Positions 7,496-17,169 of a stretch of 43,751 nucleotides of DNA are shown here, piece after piece (position 1 is the stretch's first letter; each line of letters starts with the position of its first letter). Source of the stretch: an uncultured Mycoplasmatota bacterium (GTDB lineage: Bacteria > Bacillota_I > Bacilli_A > RF39 > UBA660); contig CANSWQ010000001.1 of the NCBI GenBank assembly GCA_947650775.1, positions 1 through 43,751 on the forward strand, in the 5' to 3' direction. The notes under the pieces were generated by a model, which saw only the letters and a list, made by a program, of their open reading frames with translations, did no database searches and had not been told where the DNA came from. The translations under genes and the position numbers were made by a program.

Positions 7496-8377
7496 TTACA
7501 CATTAAGTAATGAATAACTTACTCCACCCATAGCATCATATTGACTTCTAGTGGTAGCATTAGTAAAATTAATTACTCCTCCAAGTCCATTAGAACTTAA
7601 ATTATAAACTTTAGAATTGGCAACAGAAACATTTGATTTAGCATGTTGATAGCTTGCATAAATCATCATATTAGCATCTGAATAATAACCATTAAAGAAT
7701 AAATAATTTTTAAAGCTACTACCAGCATCAACAAGATTCATAGAAATGCCAACACCATTACTAAATTTCTTTGAATTAGCATTACTGCTATTATAGTAAT
7801 AATTCTTGTTTACACCAGCTTCTTTATAATACTGATATCCATAGAAATCATTTATAGATACATTTCCAGTATATCTTAGAGCTATAACATCAGCTGATTT
7901 TACATTTGGATTTTGTAACCAAGTATTTGAAACAAATGCAGTGAAATATTTACTGCTAGCATTCTTAGATAAAAGCATAGTTAAACGTTTATAACTAGTT
8001 TGATAACAAGCTTGAGCTTCTGAATCAGTACAATTATTATATAATTGTATCTTTGACTCCCTTTCATATTCTTCTTCAGTTAAGTATGAACTTGTTGTTT
8101 CAATAATATTTCCGTTTTCTACTAAATCACGTTCAGCATAAATTACAGATACTTCCGAATAACCATTATTATATATGAAAGAAAGGTCGTTATACTCCTT
8201 TTGACTCATGATATTAAAATCATTTTTATCTATAATTTTTTCAAATTTATTCACAATTTTATTATCAATATGAACTCCCTTCTCATTAATAAAACTACTT
8301 TCACTAGCATTAACATTTAGTGCAAAAATAGAAAACACTCCTAAAAATAAGGCAGTATTTTTTAAAAATTTTTTCAT
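7496..8377 (-). CDS. Secreted protein of unknown family, paralog of 4419-5129
   Basis: It has a signal peptide (FLGVFSIFALNVNA). It shares C-terminal blocks with the 236-aa paralog (KFSNGVGISMNL, YASYQHAKSNVSVANSKVYNL, YDAMGGV). Confidence 0.85.
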   Translation of the reverse strand: MKKFLKNTALFLGVFSIFALNVNASESSFINEKGVHIDNKIVNKFEKIIDKNDFNIMSQKEYNDLSFIYNNGYSEVSVIYAERDLVENGNIIETTSSYLTEEEYERESKIQLYNNCTDSEAQACYQTSYKRLTMLLSKNASSKYFTAFVSNTWLQNPNVKSADVIALRYTGNVSINDFYGYQYYKEAGVNKNYYYNSSNANSKKFSNGVGISMNLVDAGSSFKNYLFFNGYYSDANMMIYASYQHAKSNVSVANSKVYNLSSNGLGGVINFTNATTRSQYDAMGGVSYSLLNV

Positions 8378-8433
8378 ACATTTCCTCCTAATTTCTAATT
8401 TTTTAAATTAATTCTAGACTTTAACAATATGCA

Positions 8434-8838
8434 CTATTCACTCAAAATAGGTAAAAACCAGCTCTTTTTTGCATTTATTAATAGTGTTTTTAAAGTCTCC
8501 CCTGAATACTCATCTTTAATTCGTTGATATTCAGAAAAATTATAGCTTTCTCCAAAGTGATTTATAAATAAATTATTTTCACTAAAATAATCAAACCAAT
8601 TTAACAAAATATCGTCAAATTCTTCGTCATCAGGTATTTCTTTGCTTGCAATAATACTATACATATCATTCAAAGTATATTTAGTATCAAAATATTTTAA
8701 TGATTTGGCTTCCACTATATTTGGCTTTTCATCATGAAATATTTTTAGTTCTTTATTAGCACTTAATTTCAATATTACTAAACCTAAAGAAAAAACCAAA
8801 AAAGATATAACAACTAAACATATTTTATTTTTCCTCAT
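8434..8838 (-). CDS. Small membrane-anchored protein, unknown function
   Basis: AAGGAGG lies 6 nt before the ATG at 8838, and the ORF-track start at 8856 is a GTG. It has an N-terminal TM helix, ICLVVISFLVFSLGLVIL. Confidence 0.7.
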   Translation of the reverse strand: MRKNKICLVVISFLVFSLGLVILKLSANKELKIFHDEKPNIVEAKSLKYFDTKYTLNDMYSIIASKEIPDDEEFDDILLNWFDYFSENNLFINHFGESYNFSEYQRIKDEYSGETLKTLLINAKKSWFLPILSE

Positions 8839-9085
8839 CAATATCCTCCTTATCACATAATAACGCTCAAGTATTTATGATATTTCCAATTATTAATAAT
8901 GTGTTGCCAGAAAAAACTAAAGCGCATATATTTCTTTTTATTAAATACGAAATTTCTTTATAAATATTTCTAACTTAGCATTATAAAAGACAATTTACAA
9001 TTACGATTTTCCAATAATATAATATCTAGTTCTTGAAAGAAATATAGCAAACATTAATAATGCAAAATATTTTTTATAATTACTA

Positions 9086-9520
9086 TTATCCATTAATCAA
9101 ATCTATTATTTTTTCTATATTATCACTCAATAAGAAATAATCCAATTGCTTTAGTGTTAAGACAAGTCCTGGGTTGAACTCTAATTTTGCAATTTCATCA
9201 TTTTCTTTTCCATACATAAACATTGTGTATTCAGAACCAGTATCAGCAATAGTTCCTTTTACAATTTCAGAATCAATTATTAATTCTAAGTATTGATTAA
9301 TTAGAGCTATATCTTCTATTTCTTTAATAATTTTAGTTTTTGGACACATTCTTTCTGCATATATACTATTACATATTACAATTTTATTTGTCATTGAAAG
9401 AACCTCTTTTATTTCAACAATTGAATAATACTTATATTCATTTTTTTTAGTAATATTAAAATTTGAAACTATAATGAATATAAATAATATCAAAATAATA
9501 ATATATGAAAGCTTTTTCAA
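9086..9520 (-). CDS. Small membrane-anchored protein, unknown function, translationally coupled to the protease gene
   Basis: The start is 2 nt after the protease stop. It has an N-terminal TM helix, LSYIIILILFIFIIV. Confidence 0.7.
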   Translation of the reverse strand: MKKLSYIIILILFIFIIVSNFNITKKNEYKYYSIVEIKEVLSMTNKIVICNSIYAERMCPKTKIIKEIEDIALINQYLELIIDSEIVKGTIADTGSEYTMFMYGKENDEIAKLEFNPGLVLTLKQLDYFLLSDNIEKIIDLING

Positions 9521-9521
9521 C

Positions 9522-10772
9522 TTAATATCTAAATATTCCTAAATCAGCTTTTATATTTTGCATTTTAGTATAATTCATATAATGAGTTTCGCTAGTGCTT
9601 CCTTCAACTATTCCTACAATTGTTGCAGATTTTTCTAGCAAGAACACAGGACCACCACTATCTCCACCATCAGCTTTAACATTTGTCATTGTCTGGTCTA
9701 CTAATTGAACTGGTCTCATTGTAATACTATCTGTAACATACATAGTTTGACTTAACACAGTAATTTTTCCTTGTGTCCCACCAGTTTTCCAACCACTTTT
9801 ACCAATTAATGTTCCAACTGTAGCCTTATTATAATCAGGAACTCTTAAACTAGTTGCTGGCCATACAGAATATTGCAAATCATTAGTTACAGTTCCATCT
9901 GTCTCTATAAATGAAGCATCTGTTCTTTGTCCCATTCCATATACTTGCTTTTTTAAAATCCCATATCCTAAATAGTCTTCACCTATTTTAATTTTTTGAG
10001 TACAATGTCCAGCTGTAACAAATCCTTTTTTACCATTTAATGTAGCTCTAAAGCCAACTGAGCAGCCCTGAGTACTTCCTTGCCACATTTTTTCTCCAGC
10101 ATTAAGAGCAATATAAGTTCTTTGTCCATCTAAAAATTCAATATATTCAGAATCAATAATTTTTTCTTTAAACTTTTCTTGTTCTTCAATTGAATTATTT
10201 TCCAATTCTACAATAACTTTATTTTTAAGTACATCTACATAGTTACTAACTATACTAATATCTGTATCACTATTTTTTGAAAAATACTCGATAATATAAT
10301 CATCAACTTTCTTTAATTCATTAAATGAATTGTCTACATACTCAATTAGTACATTATCATTAGCACTTTTAATAGCATTTAATTCATTAAACTTACTATC
10401 TGTGCTTCTTGAGATTTTGTTCTTTACAACTTGAATAACAAGTTCTTGATTATCATTAATATAATTTCCTCCATAATAGTTAGGATATAGTCCATTATTT
10501 TTTTCGTCCAGTAAATTATCAATTTCATTAGCAATTTTTGTTGCTTTAATGTTAGAATTAACAACATCTTGATAATTCTCTCCATATTTTTCAAATAAAG
10601 ACTGTTTTAATGAATCTTGAAACTCTTTCGTATAAATTTCTGATTCAGCATCATAAAATGATATTTTACTATTATTTTCAACTGGTGACAAATAAAATGT
10701 ACTGCTTAAAATTGGTATAGTAACTGCAGTTACTAATAACATAGCAGAAACTTTTTTAATACTTTTTTTCAT
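9522..10772 (-). CDS. Secreted chymotrypsin-fold serine protease (S1, streptogrisin/alpha-lytic-like) with a long N-terminal pro-region
   Basis: It has a signal peptide. The catalytic motifs are VTAGHC (His), TDASFIE (Asp) and GDSGGPVF (Ser). Confidence 0.88.
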   Translation of the reverse strand: MKKSIKKVSAMLLVTAVTIPILSSTFYLSPVENNSKISFYDAESEIYTKEFQDSLKQSLFEKYGENYQDVVNSNIKATKIANEIDNLLDEKNNGLYPNYYGGNYINDNQELVIQVVKNKISRSTDSKFNELNAIKSANDNVLIEYVDNSFNELKKVDDYIIEYFSKNSDTDISIVSNYVDVLKNKVIVELENNSIEEQEKFKEKIIDSEYIEFLDGQRTYIALNAGEKMWQGSTQGCSVGFRATLNGKKGFVTAGHCTQKIKIGEDYLGYGILKKQVYGMGQRTDASFIETDGTVTNDLQYSVWPATSLRVPDYNKATVGTLIGKSGWKTGGTQGKITVLSQTMYVTDSITMRPVQLVDQTMTNVKADGGDSGGPVFLLEKSATIVGIVEGSTSETHYMNYTKMQNIKADLGIFRY

Positions 10773-10905
10773 AACTCTTTCATCATTCCTTTCCTATATT
10801 ATTAAAAAAGTATATTTTTTATTTCAACAATATCACCTACTTTCAAAAATCAGCTAATTATAACTAACTTTCTAAGTACATAATAACACAATACAAAATA
10901 TATTT

Positions 10906-10926
10906 TTAGGGACTTACTGTCCCTAA
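10906..10926. promoter_or_regulatory. Palindrome TTAGGGAC-TTACT-GTCCCTAA upstream of the protease operon, without a U-tract
   Basis: It is a perfect 8-bp inverted repeat ~135 bp upstream of the 10772 start. It has the same core as the terminator stems at 5177-5197 and 6700-6718. Confidence 0.4.
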
Positions 10927-11128
10927 GAATAATTTAAACAAAATAAACACAATTATTAATAAAATCAATATTAATTAATTATACTATTTATATTTACCAA
11001 CTATCCAAATAAAGCAAGTTAAATCCTGTTTTTTTATATTTTTTTCTATATCTATTCATTAAATATAAATAAACATTTACAAATAAATAAAAATCCATTA
11101 GAATAGTATAAAGAAAGGAGATATGCTA

Positions 11129-11434
11129 ATGACTAAAGAACAAAAGGAAGTACATGACTTTGGAGCAGAACTTGGTACTCTAGTAACAAATAATAAAGGA
11201 TATGCAACAAGCGCAAGCTATTCAGAAGATTTACTTAGATATCAAACAAATAAAAATTATGACAAATGCTATCAACTAATAACTGAGTTAGCACTACATT
11301 ACAATTCTTCTATACCTACATCAATATTAACATTAACATCAGAAACGACAGAACACGAGAAAGTCCTAGTTTTATATGCTTATATGATGGGCTTCCATAA
11401 TGCTTCTCTTGAAGCAAAAAAAAAGAAAAAATAA
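11129..11434 (+). CDS. Hypothetical protein with a lysine-rich C-terminus
   Basis: AAAGGAG lies 8 nt before the second ATG. A terminator follows. It is one of only two plus-strand genes inside the ICE. Confidence 0.6.
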   Translation: MTKEQKEVHDFGAELGTLVTNNKGYATSASYSEDLLRYQTNKNYDKCYQLITELALHYNSSIPTSILTLTSETTEHEKVLVLYAYMMGFHNASLEAKKKKK

Positions 11435-11515
11435 TATATATAAAATTTATATTTAATCTTAGCATATTGAAAAAAATAAATTATATTTTTAAATTTAATC
11501 TTAATACATTGCAAC

Positions 11516-11538
11516 AAAGATGGGATTCCATCTTTTTT
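11516..11538. terminator. Intrinsic terminator shared by convergent genes
   Basis: AAGATGG-GATT-CCATCTT is followed by T-rich sequence on the plus strand and preceded by an A-run. Confidence 0.7.
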
Positions 11539-11550
11539 ATTTATAAAAAA

Positions 11551-13026
11551 TTAATAGTTTACTATACCATACCCAGCAATTACATCACTATCTAAATTAT
11601 ATGAATTGTTTTTACAAACATCATTAGAATTACCTTCTATGGTGTAAACTTTATTATCCTCAATTCTTTCAACTATACCAACATGATTTAATCTACCATC
11701 TAGTTCCCAATCGAAAAAAATTATATCTCCAACATTAGGAACATAATCTTTATCTTTCCATTGCCCTAGTGCTTTAAACCAATTAGCGCCTACACCAACT
11801 ACTGAAAATTTAAGTATGGTATTATTTTCAATATACCCTACTTCATTAGCTACCCACGAAACAAATATAGCGCACCATTCAACTCTTGAATCGAATCCAT
11901 ACCATGACCAATATTTTTCTCCGCCAACATTGCCAATCTCCTGTAAAGCAACTTGCACCATACTGTTAGTCCCAATTTTTACTCCATGAATAGAATTAAG
12001 CCATAGTTCGTCTAAATCTTCATTAGATAACTCTTCTATTATTTTACACTGCTCTACATTAAAGTTATACTGATTTATCATTTCTTCTAAACTCTTACTA
12101 TTAATATAAATATAAAGAATACTTTTATTAGAAGTCACTTCTATATTATCTTCGGTAACATCGGTTACTATTTCATTTTTAACTTCTGATTCAATATTAT
12201 GGACATCCCAAAAAATAGTTTTTATAATAGACGCTTTATCTTCATTTAAAGTAATTACATCCATATCTAAAACATAAACTTTAGCAATATATAGTTTTAA
12301 TATATCTTTCCATTCTGTACGATTAGATACAATTTCAAACTCATCATAAACATTAGTACTCTGTATTTCTTTAATTTTAAAAATAACCTCATTATTAATA
12401 TCTTTAACTACTGAACTTATAGTAAAACCACTATTTTCAACATCTTCTCCATTAAAAAAAACACCATATATTGAAGAACATAAAGATGCTAAAAGACACA
12501 TAATTATTATAATTATAATAGCCACATACCCAAAAGCAAATAAAGCTAAAACTAATAGTTTTAAAGAATTAATAATAGTTTTTAAAATTTTTATAGATAT
12601 CTTAAAAGTAGCTTTTAAACTATAATATGTTCTCTTAGTAGCTTCTTTTGCTAATTTACGGGCATTTTTAATTGCTTTTATATTTTCTTCTGCAATCTTT
12701 TTATCTTTCTGTAATTTATTATAAACTGTTCTAAATTTTTTATTGGTATTCTTTATTTTTTTTTCAGTTAGTAAAGATTTTATTTTATCCTTAGTCTTTA
12801 TAACATTACTTTTTGCCTCTTTTACTATACGGTTTCCTAATTTGGTAAATTCTAAAGTTTTAAAAGGTAAAGATTTATTAAATGAAGAAAGCCTATTAAC
12901 AGCATAAGCATTTTCGTTTACTTCATTACTATTATAGGCATTTTCACTTTTATTTTTAACATTAATCACACTATCTTTTGTTTTAATTGTTTTATTAGCA
13001 ACATTTCTTAGTTTTATATTAGACAT
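11551..13026 (-). CDS. T4SS-associated cell-wall hydrolase (TM helix plus C-terminal CHAP/NlpC-P60 domain)
   Basis: The C-terminus carries EWCAIFVSWVANEVGY (catalytic Cys) and NHVGIVERIED (His). It has a central TM helix and sits directly after VirB4. Confidence 0.85.
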   Translation of the reverse strand: MSNIKLRNVANKTIKTKDSVINVKNKSENAYNSNEVNENAYAVNRLSSFNKSLPFKTLEFTKLGNRIVKEAKSNVIKTKDKIKSLLTEKKIKNTNKKFRTVYNKLQKDKKIAEENIKAIKNARKLAKEATKRTYYSLKATFKISIKILKTIINSLKLLVLALFAFGYVAIIIIIIMCLLASLCSSIYGVFFNGEDVENSGFTISSVVKDINNEVIFKIKEIQSTNVYDEFEIVSNRTEWKDILKLYIAKVYVLDMDVITLNEDKASIIKTIFWDVHNIESEVKNEIVTDVTEDNIEVTSNKSILYIYINSKSLEEMINQYNFNVEQCKIIEELSNEDLDELWLNSIHGVKIGTNSMVQVALQEIGNVGGEKYWSWYGFDSRVEWCAIFVSWVANEVGYIENNTILKFSVVGVGANWFKALGQWKDKDYVPNVGDIIFFDWELDGRLNHVGIVERIEDNKVYTIEGNSNDVCKNNSYNLDSDVIAGYGIVNY

Positions 13027-15340
13027 GACTTTCCCCAGGTTTAGTTGTCATTAGTCGGTAAAGTTTAGTATCTTTCGGAAAATCATTAACAAAAGGTACT
13101 AATAAGTTTTGATATTTTATTAAACCACAACCAGCATCACTATTCGTAATATAAGACATCTGCTCTTCGGATATATTAAGTAAACTTGCTAGTCTTTCCC
13201 TATCATTTGTAGCTTGATTAAACATAACTATAAACTCACTATTTGAAAGCATAGTAGAAGATTCAACAGAAGATAATACATAATCTGCATTTTGAGTAAT
13301 TGCTACAGGACAAGCATTTCTTTTTCTATATTGTCTCCAAGCACTATTTAAAAACATACGTGAATATTCATTTGCATACAAAATGTGAATTTCATCTATA
13401 ATTAAATGAGTTTTCTTCCCTTTTCTAAAATTTTCATTAACTCTATTTAGTATAGCATCAGTTATTACTAAAAGTCCTAGATTTTTTAGCTGTTTTCCTA
13501 GATTATAAATATCATATGATAAGATTCTACTGTTTGTATTTACATTTGTTTTATGAGCAAATACATTTAAAGAACCACTTGTGAATAACTCAAGCGATAA
13601 AGCTAAGTCTTTTGATTCTGCTTCTGGTTGTTCCAGCAACTTTTGTCTTAAATCGACAAGTGTAGGCATTATTTTAGTTCTATTATAATCTTCGTATACT
13701 AAAGAAGTACATCTATCTATAATTGACTTTTCTTTTGCATTTAGTGGCTTTCTATCTAATTGTTCAAATAATGATAAAACAAATTCAGCTTTATCTATAA
13801 CTGGGTTTGTATTTTCTCCATAACCTTCTACCATATCCATAGCATTTATATGATTTTTACTTCCCGCAGATATATCTATTACTTCTCCACCTAAAGCCTT
13901 AACAAGTTGTGTATACTCACCTTCAGGGTCACAAATTATAATGTCATCATCTGTTGATAAAGCCAAAAAAGTTATTAATTCCTTAGCACTAAATGATTTA
14001 CCAGAACCAGGTACACCCAAGATAAAACTTGACTGATTTAAAAGGTTTGAATTATTAACCATAATTAAATTATGACTAATAGCATTCTCTCCATAATAAA
14101 CACCCTTAGAGTCTTGTATCTCTTGAACATTAAATGGGTTTAATACCGCTAAGCTTTCAGTTGTAAGAGTTCTCATTGTTTTAATATTTCTAACACCAAT
14201 AGGTAAAACCGTATTAAAACCGTCTAGTTGCTGATAAGTTAAAGGAGCTATTTGACACAAATGTTTTCTAGCAACCATCAAAATTGAATCAATGTTTGCA
14301 CTTAATTGTTCTTTAGAATCAGCCGTTACAACTAAAGTTAAATTAGCAAACATCATACGTTGGTCTCTTGTAGTTAAATCGTCTAAAAACTCCTTTGTCT
14401 CTTTACGTTGTAGCTCTAAATCATAAGGAATCACAGCACTAAAATTATTATTAGCATTTTGCTTTCTTTGCCAGTTAGCAATATTAGTTTCTACTCCTAA
14501 CAATCTGCTTTCAACTTCTTTTACTGCTTCGTCAGTAGATACAGGAATCACATCAATACTTAACATCATATTTTGGCTTATATCAGTTAACTCAGTTATA
14601 AAATTATCTTTAATATAAGTAGCATAGTCTTTTAAAAATAAAACACACCCAAACTTATTACCAAATTCAAAATAATCTTTATTAAATGAAATACTATTAG
14701 GACATATATAATCTTTAAAATTATGTCCATGCTTTATTAAGAAATCTAAATCTAAATTATAGTTTGTTTCTTCCCCTATTCTATAAAAGTCGTGTAAAAG
14801 TCTTAGTTTACTATCGACATTTAACACTTCACACTTAGAACCTAGTTTTGCCAAATGAGAAATAATATCTATCGATGTTCTGCGAAAATAATTCCTTGCT
14901 TCTTCATAATTCTTTTTAAAAATAGATACTGTTAGATATAACTCTCTTATCATACCATTTCCATTTAGTGCTTTATCAAGCAACATATCATTATATTCTT
15001 TTCTATAAATATCTAAGCCATCATTTTTAAAATTTAAAAGAACATCTTTCTCAAAATCTTTTTTGTTAATCTTTCTTAAATTTATAGTTATTTTAGTAGT
15101 TGCTTCTGAATCAAAAGAATTTAAAAGTTCTGAATAATTTAAAAACATTACTTCTTTATCTTCCCGAGAAGCTACTGCATAGTTTATATCTGTAAATTTA
15201 TATGTTAAAGAATACTTATTCTTGCCAACTAAAAAAATACCACTTTTCCAAATTCTTTTAATAGGTATAGTATCTTGCGCACTTTTAGGAATGTTAAAAT
15301 GCTTTTCTTGCTTATCTAAAGTTGAGATAGTTTTTATCAT
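13019..15340 (-). CDS. virB4: VirB4-family T4SS ATPase
   Basis: It has Walker A GVPGSGKSFSAKE and Walker B HLIIDEIH, at 773 aa. Confidence 0.92.
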   Translation of the reverse strand: MIKTISTLDKQEKHFNIPKSAQDTIPIKRIWKSGIFLVGKNKYSLTYKFTDINYAVASREDKEVMFLNYSELLNSFDSEATTKITINLRKINKKDFEKDVLLNFKNDGLDIYRKEYNDMLLDKALNGNGMIRELYLTVSIFKKNYEEARNYFRRTSIDIISHLAKLGSKCEVLNVDSKLRLLHDFYRIGEETNYNLDLDFLIKHGHNFKDYICPNSISFNKDYFEFGNKFGCVLFLKDYATYIKDNFITELTDISQNMMLSIDVIPVSTDEAVKEVESRLLGVETNIANWQRKQNANNNFSAVIPYDLELQRKETKEFLDDLTTRDQRMMFANLTLVVTADSKEQLSANIDSILMVARKHLCQIAPLTYQQLDGFNTVLPIGVRNIKTMRTLTTESLAVLNPFNVQEIQDSKGVYYGENAISHNLIMVNNSNLLNQSSFILGVPGSGKSFSAKELITFLALSTDDDIIICDPEGEYTQLVKALGGEVIDISAGSKNHINAMDMVEGYGENTNPVIDKAEFVLSLFEQLDRKPLNAKEKSIIDRCTSLVYEDYNRTKIMPTLVDLRQKLLEQPEAESKDLALSLELFTSGSLNVFAHKTNVNTNSRILSYDIYNLGKQLKNLGLLVITDAILNRVNENFRKGKKTHLIIDEIHILYANEYSRMFLNSAWRQYRKRNACPVAITQNADYVLSSVESSTMLSNSEFIVMFNQATNDRERLASLLNISEEQMSYITNSDAGCGLIKYQNLLVPFVNDFPKDTKLYRLMTTKPGESHV

Positions 15341-15698
15341 TTATCTTACTCCTTCCTTTCAAATAATTTTTAAACTCAAAAATCTCAAAATAATAATTGG
15401 TAGAAATAAATTTTAATTTTTTAGGTATTAATAGTTCTGATTTAATCCAAGCAATAATAAATTGTTCAAAAGATAACCCATTATATTTAAAAAATCCTAG
15501 TAATATAAAAGGAACTGCACCTATTATACAAATCCAAGATACTATTTCTTTATTAAACTTATCATTAAAGAAAAAATAAAGTATAATAGCTACAATACAC
15601 GCACACAAAGAAAAAAAGAACTGTCTTAAAGACAGCCCAAAATACATTTTCTCTGTATAGTTTCTTATTTCTTTATTTATTTTTACTTCCATTATCAT
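15312..15698 (-). CDS. PrgI/VirB3-like small T4SS membrane protein
   Basis: It contains FGLSLRQFFFSLCACIVAIILYFFF and a second TM helix, directly upstream of VirB4. Confidence 0.7.
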   Translation of the reverse strand: MIMEVKINKEIRNYTEKMYFGLSLRQFFFSLCACIVAIILYFFFNDKFNKEIVSWICIIGAVPFILLGFFKYNGLSFEQFIIAWIKSELLIPKKLKFISTNYYFEIFEFKNYLKGRSKINDKNYLNFR

Positions 15699-15979
15699 CT
15701 TTCTCTTTCTTTACGATTAAGCATTAAATTAAAATCATGAATAAATTGACACAAATCTTTCGTTTCCATACCAGACAATTCTTTAGCATTTTCCAGTGCT
15801 GTTAATTTAAAATCAACACTTAAAATATTTGAATTTTCATTTTTTAAATCTTCATATAATTTTTGATAAAATGCTTCATTAGTAAGATTATACTTACCAT
15901 AATCAAATAACAATTCTAAAGAAAGCATATTTTGTAATACACTATATTTTGACAGAAGATTATTATATTTCCTTTTCAT
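15695..15979 (-). CDS. Hypothetical cytoplasmic protein
   Basis: It is a coupled ORF (ATGA overlap) with no TM helix and no recognised motif. Confidence 0.6.
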   Translation of the reverse strand: MKRKYNNLLSKYSVLQNMLSLELLFDYGKYNLTNEAFYQKLYEDLKNENSNILSVDFKLTALENAKELSGMETKDLCQFIHDFNLMLNRKERER

Positions 15980-15982
15980 TCA

Positions 15983-16900
15983 TTATCTTACCTCCTTATC
16001 TTTAAATTTTTTTGATAAATTCACACAACTTAAAGCTTTTTTAAAATCTTGTTCTGCCTTACTTTTATCATTTCCATAATAACTACCATATACCCAAAAA
16101 AAATCATTGCTATTATTTTTAGAATAATATGAAATAATATACTCTACATTATCATTTAATTCCTTTTCCATCAAAGTCACTAATTGTCCTCTTCTTGAAC
16201 CACTTTTTAAAACCTTTAGGTTACCAGAATATATTTTATATGCTTCGCTTTTATCCTTATAATTTTTATCAATATATTCTTTTATATTTTGTTTTAATCC
16301 TAAAGTATTTAAAGAAATATTTTCTAAAAAATCTCCATTAAGAGAATCTTCTTTGCTTCCATAAATAGTTACTATATTCTCATTAGGATTATCATAATTA
16401 ACGTCTCCTACTTCAATATAATATCCTTTATATTGCATTGACCCATGAAAAGTTAAATCATCAAAAAAGTCCATTATATCTGGTGTATCAAATCCTGTTT
16501 TATCATCTATATATTCTTTTGTGATTCCATTATCCACACAATATTGTAAATATTTTTGTACACCATCTTTATAATTCAAATTTTCTGGATAAAGTTCCAT
16601 AATAGTACGCCAAATATAATAATGGTCAATATCACTCATATAACCTATATGATAATTCTTATCTAACTCGCCAAATAAATGTTTATCAAAATTATAATCA
16701 TAATAAGGAATATCATAATAATTATTAGTATCTTTATCAAATCCTACTATTGTTTCCATACCATCACTAACTATACATTTAATATCACTATTATTTTGAT
16801 TTACTAAAATAAAATTTATACTTGTACCAAATAGTTTCTCATCTTTCTTTATTATATTATTAATATCATTTTTTATTGCTTCAATCTCTTCACTTCTCAT
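15983..16900 (-). CDS. Hypothetical cytoplasmic protein (305 aa, Y/D/N-rich)
   Basis: It is a long ORF in the operon, coupled to its neighbours, with no recognised motif. Confidence 0.7.
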   Translation of the reverse strand: MRSEEIEAIKNDINNIIKKDEKLFGTSINFILVNQNNSDIKCIVSDGMETIVGFDKDTNNYYDIPYYDYNFDKHLFGELDKNYHIGYMSDIDHYYIWRTIMELYPENLNYKDGVQKYLQYCVDNGITKEYIDDKTGFDTPDIMDFFDDLTFHGSMQYKGYYIEVGDVNYDNPNENIVTIYGSKEDSLNGDFLENISLNTLGLKQNIKEYIDKNYKDKSEAYKIYSGNLKVLKSGSRRGQLVTLMEKELNDNVEYIISYYSKNNSNDFFWVYGSYYGNDKSKAEQDFKKALSCVNLSKKFKDKEVR

Positions 16901-17169
16901 TTTAACATCTCCTTATCTTTATTCTTATTTTTTATTTTATTTGTACCAATCAAATCAAATTGAGCAAAAGAAATAAATTTCTTACTACACATGTTTCTAA
17001 AATAATCTCTATTATATTTTGAATACATATATATCCAATTTTCGGGATTTCTCATTCCTTGTCTAATTGCGTTTTTATAAGCATCATCTTGGTTTTTTCT
17101 ATATTGAAACTTTCCAAAAATTGAATTTTCAGAAGTTTTAAAATATTCAATTTTATCATTATCTTTCAT
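16897..17169 (-). CDS. Hypothetical protein
   Basis: It is a coupled ORF whose start and stop overlap its neighbours. Confidence 0.55.
   Translation of the reverse strand: MKDNDKIEYFKTSENSIFGKFQYRKNQDDAYKNAIRQGMRNPENWIYMYSKYNRDYFRNMCSKKFISFAQFDLIGTNKIKNKNKDKEMLK

Noticed and set aside
15222-15579. Plus-strand ORFs 15222-15416 and 15397-15579 antisense to the virB4 and prgI-like genes
   Set aside because: They are antisense frames of strongly supported T4SS genes, with no RBS and hydrophobic low-information sequence.
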